Counted from the stretch's first letter, positions 19,732 to 27,449 are shown. The stretch is 64,000 nt of DNA from an uncultured Phascolarctobacterium sp. (GCA_964641395.1 CAZXKQ010000007.1:7815-71814), one strand, 5' to 3'. Made by a program: numbers and translations. The notes: generated by a model from the letters alone, not told the origin.

Positions 19732-20745
19732 CTACAAATCCCTGCCTATAATGCGGGCAATGCCCTTTAATTCTCCCATTAAGCGGGCGAAGCGCTCCGG
19801 TTTCAAGGACTGGGCCCCGTCGCAGAGGGCGGCCTCCGGATTGTTGTGCACCTCGATGATCAGGCCGTCCGCCCCTACGGCCACCGCCGCCTTGGCCAGG
19901 GGCTCCACCATCCACCACATGCCGGCGGCGTGGCTGGGATCCACGATCACCGGCAGGTGGGAGAGCTTCTTCACTGCAGGGATGGCGCTCAGGTCCAAGG
20001 TGTTGCGGGTGTACTGCTCAAAGGTGCGGATGCCCCGCTCGCAGAGGATGACGTTGTCGTTGCCCCCTGCCATAATGTATTCGGCGCTCATGATCCACTC
20101 CTCGATAGTGGCGGCCAGGCCCCGTTTCAGCAGGATGGGCTTGCGGATCTTCCCCAGCTCCTTCAACAGGCTGAAGTTCTGCATGTTGCGGGCCCCCACC
20201 TGGATCAGGTCCACATCCTCCACGTAGCGCTCTATCATGTCGGCGCTCATGATCTCGGTGACGATGGGCAGGCCGGAGGCCTCCCGGGCCGCCTTCAGGT
20301 AGTCCAGGCCCAGCTCCTGCAGGCCCTGGAAGGAGTAGGGGGAGGTGCGGGGTTTGAAGGCCCCGCCCCGCAGCATGCTGGCACCGCCGATCTTCACCGC
20401 GGCGGCGATCTGGCACACCTGCTCCTCAGTCTCTACCGAGCAGGGGCCGGCGATGACCTGGAGCTTGCGGCCCCCCACCTTGACCCCCGCCACATCCACC
20501 ACCGTGTCATCTGGGTGGAACATCCGGTTGGCCCGTTTGAAGGGCTCCTGCACCCGCATAACCTTCTCCACGCTGTCGTCCACCCGGTACTGGTTGATGT
20601 CCAGCACGCTGGTGTCGCCGATGATGCCGAAGATGGTCATGTTGACGCCGTTGATCTCGTTAATCTGGAAGCCGCTGGCCTCCAGGTTGGCCTTGATCTT
20701 GTTCCTGCTCTCTACAGAAGCGCCGGGTTTGAATACGATTACCAT
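19732..20745 (-). CDS. aroF: 3-deoxy-7-phosphoheptulonate (DAHP) synthase, class I-beta, with an N-terminal ferredoxin-like regulatory domain
   Basis: Start MVIVFKPG follows AAAGGAGAGG. About 75 aa of ACT/FL-like domain are followed by a KDO8PS-like TIM barrel (QVIAGPCSVE, VIVDPSHA). Confidence 0.92.
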   Translation of the reverse strand: MVIVFKPGASVESRNKIKANLEASGFQINEINGVNMTIFGIIGDTSVLDINQYRVDDSVEKVMRVQEPFKRANRMFHPDDTVVDVAGVKVGGRKLQVIAGPCSVETEEQVCQIAAAVKIGGASMLRGGAFKPRTSPYSFQGLQELGLDYLKAAREASGLPIVTEIMSADMIERYVEDVDLIQVGARNMQNFSLLKELGKIRKPILLKRGLAATIEEWIMSAEYIMAGGNDNVILCERGIRTFEQYTRNTLDLSAIPAVKKLSHLPVIVDPSHAAGMWWMVEPLAKAAVAVGADGLIIEVHNNPEAALCDGAQSLKPERFARLMGELKGIARIIGRDL

Positions 20746-20821
20746 GATGTCCTCTCCTTTTTCCTTCAGAGTCGCCTTAACCACACCTTAAGCTGGCCAG
20801 TCCCTGGTCAGGGCCCGCCTA

Positions 20822-20854
20822 TAAGAAAAAGCAGGCCCACGTAAATGAGCCTGC
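20822..20854 (-). terminator. Intrinsic terminator (attenuator) inside the aro operon leader
   Basis: Minus strand GCAGGCTCA-tttacg-TGGGCCTGC (9 bp including one G-U), followed by TTTTTCTTAT, 76 nt upstream of the aroF start. Confidence 0.7.
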
Positions 20855-20908
20855 TGCAAGCTGCGCCGCTGTCAATCGTTCCAACAGCTGTCAACCCTTG
20901 GCTACTTT

Positions 20909-21034
20909 TTACGGAACTGATGCTTGTGGACTTTTCTCCGCCATAGCGAAAGCGCCGGTGCTAAAGTAATAGCTAAAGACCGGGGCGTAAGGAAAGTCGA
21001 AATAAGCATTAGCGTTCTGTCTTAAAGCAGCCAT
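20909..21034 (-). CDS. Candidate aro operon leader peptide, 41 aa, Phe/Tyr-rich
   Basis: Too short for the ORF track. GGTGGA RBS, 4 nt, then ATG. Product MAALRQNANAYFDFPYAPVFSYYFSTGAFAMAEKSPQASVP has 5 Phe and 4 Tyr within residues 11-29. It lies between the promoter and the terminator. Confidence 0.55.
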   Translation of the reverse strand: MAALRQNANAYFDFPYAPVFSYYFSTGAFAMAEKSPQASVP

Positions 21035-21084
21035 CTAATCCACCTGTAAAGGAAGGGCGAAGGCGGAAGCCAACGATTAGGCTT

Positions 21085-21113
21085 ATTGTAACCCAGCCCA
21101 GGGCCTGCGTCAA
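21085..21113 (-). promoter_or_regulatory. Sigma-A promoter of the aro operon (TTGACG-17 nt-TACAAT)
   Basis: Minus strand CCCTTGACGCAGGCCCTGGGCTGGGTTACAATAAGC. Confidence 0.7.
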
Positions 21114-21201
21114 GGGAAAAGTAGAAAAACTGTTACAAAATAGTCCTGGCCGACCGCTATTGTAATATAGTTTACACTCACAAGCTTTGGGCCAAGACGG
21201 C

Positions 21202-21534
21202 CTACTTAGAACTGATGTAGTCAAAGGCCCGGGCCTTGTCCATGTGCACCTTCTCCACCCAGGCCCGGAAGCGGGCGTGGTTGGTTACGTCCAGCACCTC
21301 ACAGCTGCCGTAGCGGTCGATGTCCCCTTCCACTACATCCCCCACCTGGGGGAAGCGGGACAGGTAGAAGTTGACCTTGAGGCCGCTGTACTGGGCGTAG
21401 CGCTGGGTCTGCACCACGAAGAAGCGCTTCCCCTTGTCCGCATAGACCACCCTGCCGCCGGCAGCAGAGCAGAGGGCGGCGAGGCTCACTAAGAAGGCGG
21501 TCAAGAACAGCAGAAAAAGTTTTTTCATCTCCAT
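21202..21534 (-). CDS. Hypothetical secreted protein (signal peptide)
   Basis: 110 aa. MEMKKLFLLFLTAFLVSLAALCSAAGG is a signal-peptide-like N-terminus. No family recognised. The start could instead be M3 (21528). Confidence 0.6.
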   Translation of the reverse strand: MEMKKLFLLFLTAFLVSLAALCSAAGGRVVYADKGKRFFVVQTQRYAQYSGLKVNFYLSRFPQVGDVVEGDIDRYGSCEVLDVTNHARFRAWVEKVHMDKARAFDYISSK

Positions 21535-21569
21535 CCCTCCCTAAGGGTATTGTAGAACCGCCGTCCCCC

Positions 21570-22304
21570 TCAGGCCAGGGCCCGCCAGACCAGGCTCAGG
21601 CCTCCCAGCCCCACCACCAAGAGGGCCAGGCGGCGGAAGAGGGCGGGGTTCAGCTTGCTGAAGAACCGGTTCCCCACCAGGGTGCCGATGAGCATGGCCG
21701 GCAGCATGGCTCCCAGCAGGGTCCAGTCCTCCACCGCCTGGGTATTGCCTACCAGGTAGTTGAAGGCCAGGCTGCAGAAGGATTGGAAGCCGAAGTACCA
21801 GATTAAATTGGAGCGGAGGGCGCCCTTCTCCATCCCCTCGTTCAGGCAGTAGAGGATGATAGGGGGGCCGCTGACCCCGGTGGCCGTGCCGAAGAAGCCG
21901 CTGACGCAGCCGGCCGCCAGCCGGCCCAGCCTTTTATCGGCCACGGGAAAGGAGAACTGCCGGCCTAGCAGGAGGGCGGCCAGCAGGAGGACGCAGCCAA
22001 GGAACAGCTCCATCTGCCGCAGGGGCAGCCGCTGCAGGGCCAGCACCCCGGGCACCGCCCCTACCAGGCTGCCTAGGGCGAAGGCGGCCACCACCTGCCA
22101 CTGCCACTGGCCCCAGGTCTGGGCCATGTTCACCAGCCGGGTGACCAGGGCCAGGAAGAGCACCAGGATGATGGAGGCCTTCACCGACAGCACCAGGTTC
22201 AAGAGGGGCAGGGCCACCAGGGCGAAGCCGAAGCCGGTGACGGTGGTGAAGAAGGAGCCGGCCAGCACCGCCAGCCCTGCTAGAAGGTAGGTGGCTGCCG
22301 TCAT
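21570..22304 (-). CDS. TauE/SafE (DUF81) family anion exporter
   Basis: 244 aa polytopic membrane protein with the internally duplicated 4-TM pattern typical of TauE/SafE. Confidence 0.8.
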   Translation of the reverse strand: MTAATYLLAGLAVLAGSFFTTVTGFGFALVALPLLNLVLSVKASIILVLFLALVTRLVNMAQTWGQWQWQVVAAFALGSLVGAVPGVLALQRLPLRQMELFLGCVLLLAALLLGRQFSFPVADKRLGRLAAGCVSGFFGTATGVSGPPIILYCLNEGMEKGALRSNLIWYFGFQSFCSLAFNYLVGNTQAVEDWTLLGAMLPAMLIGTLVGNRFFSKLNPALFRRLALLVVGLGGLSLVWRALA

Positions 22305-22356
22305 GCCGCCTCCCCGGCCGCCCTGCCGCCAGCCAGCCCCTCCCTAGCTGCAGCCC

Positions 22357-22785
22357 TCACCACTTTTCCGGCAGCTTCTCTGCCACCGGGCCCATGATGA
22401 ACATGATGGTGCTGGCCTGGGCGATGAGGGAGCCGTCTTCCTCGGTGATCTGGGCCGCGATGTTGATGGTGGACTGGCCCCGGTGGACGATGGAGCTGCT
22501 GCAGCGGAGGCTGCCGAAGCCCTTCACCCCTGCCAGGTAGGTGATATTCATGTTGAGGGTGGTGGCCATCTTGCCTACGGAAGCGCAGGTGATGCCGTTG
22601 ACGCAGTCCGCCAGGGCCGCCAGGGCGCCCCCGTGGACCCCCAGCCAGTGGTTGGTGTGGATGTCGAAGTCGATGGGCATCACCAGGCTGCAGCCGCCGC
22701 AGTGCACCTCTTGGATCTGGATCTTCAAAACGTTCATAAAGGCGTTGGTGCTCCACATCTTGCGGATTAGGGCTTCTGGGTTCAT
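22357..22785 (-). CDS. PaaI-family hotdog-fold thioesterase
   Basis: 142 aa. NHWLGVHGGALAALADCVNGITC matches the PaaI/DUF4442 signature (G..HGG....LAD). AAGGAGG RBS. Confidence 0.85.
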   Translation of the reverse strand: MNPEALIRKMWSTNAFMNVLKIQIQEVHCGGCSLVMPIDFDIHTNHWLGVHGGALAALADCVNGITCASVGKMATTLNMNITYLAGVKGFGSLRCSSSIVHRGQSTINIAAQITEEDGSLIAQASTIMFIMGPVAEKLPEKW

Positions 22786-22829
22786 AGGGTACCTCCTTAA
22801 GGTTTAGATACAGGAGCCAGACTGGTCTA

Positions 22830-22859
22830 ATTATAGTCTAGGCCGGCCCTGGAAGGCAA
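22830..22859 (-). promoter_or_regulatory. Possible sigma-A promoter for the thioesterase-tauE unit (TTGCCT-18 nt-TATAAT)
   Basis: Minus strand GGCCTTGCCTTCCAGGGCCGGCCTAGACTATAATTAG. Confidence 0.45.
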
Positions 22860-22885
22860 GGCCTTTTTCGCACCAGAGCCGGGGC

Positions 22886-23839
22886 TCAGAAGAAGACGTT
22901 GACGACGGTCATGTAGAGGGGGATGACGATGAGGCCCCCTAGGATGGTGATGAAGGAGAGGGCGGCGGCGTAGGAACTGTCCGCCCCGTACTGCTTAGAG
23001 ACGATGGCCATCTGGGTCATGGCGGGCATGGCGGCCTGCATGGTGAAGACCCGCAGGGAGATGGGGGCCACCGGGATGAAGGGGGCCAGCACCAGGACGC
23101 AGAGGGGGCAGACTAGGAAGCGGCCTAGGAGGCCCAGGTAGATGTCCCGCTCAAAGTTGAAGTGGCGCAGGCTGATCTTGCTGATCTCGATGCCGATGAA
23201 GACCAGGGAGAGGGGGGTGGTGAGGTTGCCGATGTACTGGAAGCCCCTAAAGAGGAAGCGAGGCACCGGGATGCTGAAGATGATCAACAGCAGGGCCGCC
23301 ACGAAGGCGATGAGGGGCGGGGACCACAGCTTCTTCAGCACCGAAAGGGAGAAGGGGTTGCTCCCCTTCCCCTCCACGTCGGCCACGATGTTCTGCACCC
23401 CCAGGGTCCAGAAGAAGACCAGGTTGACGATGTAGTAGAGCATCACCGAGGGGATGCTCACATCCCCGAAGAGGGCCTGGTTCACCGGCAGGCCGATGAA
23501 CATAGTGTTGGCGATGAAGAAGTTGGTGATGAAGATGCCCCGCCGGCCGTGGCGCACTTGAAAGACCCGGCCTACCAGCCTGCCCACTATCAGGGCCAGG
23601 ACGATGGAGCAGACAGGCAGCAGGGTGTCCGGCGCCAGCTCCGCCAACTGCTGGGCGGTGAAGTTCTTGGTCAAGCTGGTGATCATGTAGAGGGGGAGGG
23701 AGACGTTGGTGACCAGGCGGGCGATGATGGTGCTGCTGTTCTCGGCAAACCAGCCTTTCAGGCTCAGCACGTAGCCCACCCCTACGATGAAGACGATGGT
23801 GAAGATGCCCTCCAGGGCCTGCAAGATGAAGCCTAACAT
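22886..23839 (-). CDS. AEC (auxin efflux carrier) family transporter, MdcF-like
   Basis: 317 aa with about 10 TM segments. AEC family fold; the putative malonate carrier MdcF of proteobacterial mdc clusters belongs to this family. Confidence 0.85.
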   Translation of the reverse strand: MLGFILQALEGIFTIVFIVGVGYVLSLKGWFAENSSTIIARLVTNVSLPLYMITSLTKNFTAQQLAELAPDTLLPVCSIVLALIVGRLVGRVFQVRHGRRGIFITNFFIANTMFIGLPVNQALFGDVSIPSVMLYYIVNLVFFWTLGVQNIVADVEGKGSNPFSLSVLKKLWSPPLIAFVAALLLIIFSIPVPRFLFRGFQYIGNLTTPLSLVFIGIEISKISLRHFNFERDIYLGLLGRFLVCPLCVLVLAPFIPVAPISLRVFTMQAAMPAMTQMAIVSKQYGADSSYAAALSFITILGGLIVIPLYMTVVNVFF

Positions 23840-23974
23840 AGAAATAATCCTTTCCTAAGCCAAGGGAGTTAAAGACACACAAGGTCCGCCTGCAGAGGCG
23901 AACCTTGTATGCTTTTTAGGAGGTGTTAAGATTGGGATGTGTTTATGCTAAGGAGGGCCGCCCTGCTCATGTCC

Positions 23975-24922
23975 CTAAAGCAGGGCAGTGGGAAACTCCT
24001 TATTTTCTAAGAGATAGAGGGCTATGGTGATAGAAAGGAGGTCTGCGCTGCCTCCGGGGCTGATGCCCTGGCTGACGAAGGCCCGCTCCGCCTCTGCCAA
24101 GGCCTGGCGGCCGGCGGGGGTGAAGACGCTGCCTAGCTCCAAGAGCCGGGCCGCCTCTTCCTTGACCTGCCGGGCGGCTGCTGTGCCTGCCCGCCAAACC
24201 ACGTTGCTGTCTTCTACCACGGCCAGGAGCTGGATGAAGCTGTGCACTAAAGCGTCATTCAGGCTGGCCCCTGCGGCCAGGGCGGCGGTGAGGGCCGGCA
24301 GCCCCCAGCCTACCACGCTGGGAAAGCCCTGTTCAATTTCGCCTCTGATGCCTATTATACCATAGCGCCGGTACAATTGCTCCCCTGCCGTCCGGCTTTT
24401 TTTACAGTTGGCTAACTCTCGCTCCACCAGCCCTGCGGTCATGGCCCGGACTACCGGGAGGAGGTCCTCCTTCCCTAGGCGGTGTTGCAGGCAGTAGCCT
24501 GCCGCGGCACAGAGGAGGCCGCCGCTGAAGAGGATGCCCCGCTGGGTGTTCACGCCCTTGGTAGCCTGCAGCATCTCCCTCTCCGCCCCTACCCCGTAGG
24601 CCCTGGCCCTTTGGAAGAGGTCTTGGGGACTGCCGGGGCGGCACAGGCCCAGCTCCAAAAGATCGGCAAAGGCCTGGGCCAGCACGGCGCTGCTGGCGGC
24701 AAAGGTGAGGATGTCCATGTCCCGGTGGGCCCCCTGGCTGCACCTGGTGACCAGGCCGGGCTTAGGATGGACGCACACTTCTAACATGACGGCCTGGCTG
24801 AGGTAGAGGCCCAGCCTCACCAGGCCCGGATCCGGGTGGGGAAGGGAAGCAAGCTGATACGCCGCCTGTCCAGGCCCTAGGCTGGCGCCTAGCGCCTCCG
24901 CCTTCATCATAGCTTGCCACAC
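23975..24922 (-). CDS. madG: Triphosphoribosyl-dephospho-CoA synthase (CitG/MdcB/MadG family)
   Basis: 315 aa; VHPKPGLVTRCSQGAHRDMD and GVNTQRGILFSGGLL are CitG-family blocks. The start codon is uncertain (GTG 24922 or ATG 24910). Confidence 0.85.
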   Translation of the reverse strand: MWQAMMKAEALGASLGPGQAAYQLASLPHPDPGLVRLGLYLSQAVMLEVCVHPKPGLVTRCSQGAHRDMDILTFAASSAVLAQAFADLLELGLCRPGSPQDLFQRARAYGVGAEREMLQATKGVNTQRGILFSGGLLCAAAGYCLQHRLGKEDLLPVVRAMTAGLVERELANCKKSRTAGEQLYRRYGIIGIRGEIEQGFPSVVGWGLPALTAALAAGASLNDALVHSFIQLLAVVEDSNVVWRAGTAAARQVKEEAARLLELGSVFTPAGRQALAEAERAFVSQGISPGGSADLLSITIALYLLENKEFPTALL

Positions 24923-25047
24923 GCAGCGCTCAGCTCCTTCTCATCCTTCTCGTCTTACTCAACCTTCTCAACCTCATCCCCTGCCGCCCCTGGGGCCTGG
25001 CAGGCCGGCTAGGGCGGCACGGGGTACTTGCAAGAGGAACCTAGGGC

Positions 25048-25803
25048 TTAACCAAAGATGGCCTTGGTCAGGAAGTAGAAGATAGAGGGGAAGGTCAGGC
25101 AGCCAGAGCCGGTGTAGAAGGTGGCAGTCATGGCTGCGTAGGGAACCAGCTTAGGATCTACTGCGGCCATACCGGCAGCAGTGCCAGAGGTGGTGCCTGC
25201 CAACCCGCCGAAGACCATGGCCGACTGAGGATTGTTGATGCCCAGGGGCTTGGCCACGAAGGGGGTGAAGATCATTACTGCCAGGGACTTAACTACGCCG
25301 GCAGCAATGGAGATGGCGATAACCTCGCTAGAGGCGCCTAAGGCCGCACCAGTTACAGGGCCTACTACGAAGGTAGCTACCCCTGCACCGATGGTAACTA
25401 GGTCGACGCTGGAACGATAGCCCAGGGCGAAGGCCACTACCACGCCGGCGATCCAGGAGGTGATGAGGCCGAAGACCAGGGACAGCACGCCTACGATGCC
25501 TACTTTCTTGATCTCCCGCAGGTCGGCGCCGAAGGCGGTAGATACGATGGCGAAGTCACGGAACATAGCGCCGCCCATCAGGCCGATGCCAGCGAAGAGG
25601 GGGATGGTGGCGATACCCTTGGAGCCGCCGCCGATATAGGCCATTACCAGGCCGAAGAGGATGGCTACCGCGCTGCCGTGGATACGGCCCTTGGACAGCC
25701 CTGCCAGCTTATAAGCGATTAAGTTGGCGATGGCGATAATAACGAAAGCGGTAATCAAACCGTTTGACATTAAAACTTTGCCAAACATCGCACCGAAGTT
25801 CAT
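25048..25803 (-). CDS. madM: Malonate transporter subunit MadM
   Basis: 251 aa polytopic membrane protein. Its size, its position after madL and its glycine-rich TM pattern fit MadM. Confidence 0.8.
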   Translation of the reverse strand: MNFGAMFGKVLMSNGLITAFVIIAIANLIAYKLAGLSKGRIHGSAVAILFGLVMAYIGGGSKGIATIPLFAGIGLMGGAMFRDFAIVSTAFGADLREIKKVGIVGVLSLVFGLITSWIAGVVVAFALGYRSSVDLVTIGAGVATFVVGPVTGAALGASSEVIAISIAAGVVKSLAVMIFTPFVAKPLGINNPQSAMVFGGLAGTTSGTAAGMAAVDPKLVPYAAMTATFYTGSGCLTFPSIFYFLTKAIFG

Positions 25804-25822
25804 AATGATACCTCCTATCTAC

Positions 25823-26179
25823 TTATTTCTTAGCAAACGAGCTGAGCACGGGTATCAGCAGGAAGGCCAGGGCGGAGCCTAACAGGCCGCCTAAGAAGGC
25901 TACGATGCCGCCGGAAACGGCTGCTGCTACGTTCTGAATGGAGCTCATCGCTACTACGATAGGAATGTACATTGCGGACCAGAAGGCGATGCCCTCTTGG
26001 GACTTCTTGTCCAACCAGCCGGCGTCGATGCCCTTGTTGCTCAAAAGGATCAGGAAGAGCATGGCAAAGCCTACGCCGCCGATGTTGGCCTTAACCCCCA
26101 GCAGGGCGCCTAGCACATCGCCGATATACATGCCAGTTAGATAGCAGAAAGCTAGCAAACCTACACCATAAATTACCAT
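25823..26179 (-). CDS. madL: Malonate transporter subunit MadL
   Basis: Start MVIYGVGLLAF is preceded by AAGGAGAG (the track start lies 12 codons upstream). 118 aa, 4 TM; pairs with madM. Confidence 0.8.
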   Translation of the reverse strand: MVIYGVGLLAFCYLTGMYIGDVLGALLGVKANIGGVGFAMLFLILLSNKGIDAGWLDKKSQEGIAFWSAMYIPIVVAMSSIQNVAAAVSGGIVAFLGGLLGSALAFLLIPVLSSFAKK

Positions 26180-26294
26180 AATAAATCTCTCCTTAGTACA
26201 ATTTTTTATTATCACCGCCCAGGCCTAGGGGTAGGCCCAGGCGGCGAAACAACTAAAGGGATTAATATGCGGCTCTTAGGAAACTTGTTTCAGC

Positions 26295-26504
26295 TTATTC
26301 CACAACGGCCAGGACGGTGCCGGCGCTAACCCGGTCACCAGGCTGTACCTTGTACTCCTTAACCACGCCGGCTACGGGAGAGGGAACCAGCTGTTTCATC
26401 TTCATAGCTTCCATGACGATCAAAACGTCCTTAACGTTTACCTTGTCGCCAACTTGCTTCTCAAAACGAACGATCTTGCCAGGTACGCGGGATTTAATTT
26501 CCAT
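26295..26504 (-). CDS. madF: Biotin carboxyl carrier protein (biotinyl domain), distal copy
   Basis: 69 aa, MEIKSRVPGKIVRF...VMEAMKMKQLV...VLAVVE, with the EAMKM biotinylation motif. AAGGAGA RBS. The track ORF adds 8 spurious N-terminal codons. Confidence 0.88.
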   Translation of the reverse strand: MEIKSRVPGKIVRFEKQVGDKVNVKDVLIVMEAMKMKQLVPSPVAGVVKEYKVQPGDRVSAGTVLAVVE

Positions 26505-26538
26505 AATGCTATCTCCTTTGCTACACAAACCCTGAGGC

Positions 26539-26748
26539 TTACTCTACAACGGCCAGGACGGTGCCGGCGCTAACCCGGTCACCAGGCTGTACCTTGTACT
26601 CTTTAACTACGCCAGCTACGGGAGAGGGAACTAATTGTTTCATCTTCATAGCTTCCATGACGATCAAAACGTCCTTAACGTTCACTTTGTCGCCCACTTG
26701 TTTCTCGAAACGAACGATTTTGCCAGGTACACGAGATTTGATTTCCAT
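26539..26748 (-). CDS. madF: Biotin carboxyl carrier protein (biotinyl domain), proximal copy
   Basis: 69 aa, amino-acid sequence identical to the 26295..26504 product. AAGGAGA RBS. Confidence 0.88.
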   Translation of the reverse strand: MEIKSRVPGKIVRFEKQVGDKVNVKDVLIVMEAMKMKQLVPSPVAGVVKEYKVQPGDRVSAGTVLAVVE

Positions 26749-26762
26749 AATGCATGTCTCCT

Positions 26763-27449
26763 TTACTTTAAATATTCCAGCGTGTCCGCTTTGGACAGCA
26801 GTTGGACGTCTTCCATGCTCTTCCCTAACACCGTGCTGGTGTCCATGAAGAGCTCGACCAGCTTCACCCCGTAACCATTGGGCAGGTCCACCTCAAAGTC
26901 CAGACTCACTCCTAAGGAGGAGTGGCGGGCCTTGCTGTACAGCTCTTGCAAGCCTTCCAGGGGGGCGGACTGCACCAAGATGTCCAGGTCGGAAGCATCG
27001 TCAGTATAGGGCAGGCCGGTGGCCAGCTCCAAGGCGGCGGAGCCTAGGATGCCCACTTGCAAGCCTAGATCCACAGCTAGCTCAAAGACATTGGCGGCGG
27101 CCTCCAGGCAGTGGTTGCGGGGGGTCCAGTCCTCCTGGCCGTAGACCCGGCCCTGGAGCAGCTCGTAGGGGGTCACTACGGCCTCGATGGCTGCTTCCTG
27201 GGCGTAGGCCGGCAGCCGCAGCCGCTGCTCCTCGACCCGTCCGTAGTGGACGAAGCCCAGGGGGACGGCCTGGGGCCGTTCCGGGGCCCGGCGCATAATG
27301 CCCGGTATGTCGGTGGGGCTCAGCAGCACCTCCCGCACCATGGCCAGGAAGGCCCCGCTGTAATGGGGGGCTGCCTCCTGGTAGATGGCCCGGCGGCCTG
27401 CCTCTGTCACATAGGCTAGGTTGTGTCTCTTTAGCTTCGCTTTGTCCAT
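26763..27449 (-). CDS. mdcG: Malonate decarboxylase holo-ACP synthase (phosphoribosyl-dephospho-CoA transferase, MdcG family)
   Basis: 228 aa. GILGSAALELATGLPYTDDASDLDILV is the nucleotidyltransferase-like MdcG core (GS...TG......SDLDL). Confidence 0.8.
   Translation of the reverse strand: MDKAKLKRHNLAYVTEAGRRAIYQEAAPHYSGAFLAMVREVLLSPTDIPGIMRRAPERPQAVPLGFVHYGRVEEQRLRLPAYAQEAAIEAVVTPYELLQGRVYGQEDWTPRNHCLEAAANVFELAVDLGLQVGILGSAALELATGLPYTDDASDLDILVQSAPLEGLQELYSKARHSSLGVSLDFEVDLPNGYGVKLVELFMDTSTVLGKSMEDVQLLSKADTLEYLK

Larger units (their letters stand above)
26295..26748 (-). repeat. Tandem direct duplication of the madF gene plus its RBS (2 x ~244 nt)
   Basis: My hand alignment of the two 210-nt CDSs finds 17 nucleotide differences, all synonymous. 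Confidence 0.9.

Noticed and set aside
19846-20844. Long antisense ORFs throughout the track (for example 19846..20844, 30829..32040, 41967..43028, 57211..58329, 14369..15277, 23162..23836, 10733..11446)
   Set aside because: Each overlaps a well-supported gene on the other strand (or in another frame). Their products have Arg/Gly/Ala/Pro-rich composition with no recognisable domain. They are GC-driven open frames, not genes.
20746-21084. T-box riboswitch as the aro operon leader
   Set aside because: The length and the terminator fit. However, I cannot find the conserved T-box sequence (AANNNGGGTGGTACCGCG) or typical Stem I elements. The closest stretch, AGCCAAGGGTTGACAGC, lacks the TGG that pairs with the tRNA NCCA end. 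A covariance-model scan would still be the decisive check.
22845-22868. Plus-strand-oriented terminator-like hairpin (GGCCCTGGAAGGCAAGGCC + TTTTT) between the AEC transporter and thioesterase genes
   Set aside because: There is no plus-strand gene upstream for more than 10 kb. It overlaps the -35 region of a likely minus-strand promoter. It is probably incidental, or it blocks antisense transcription.
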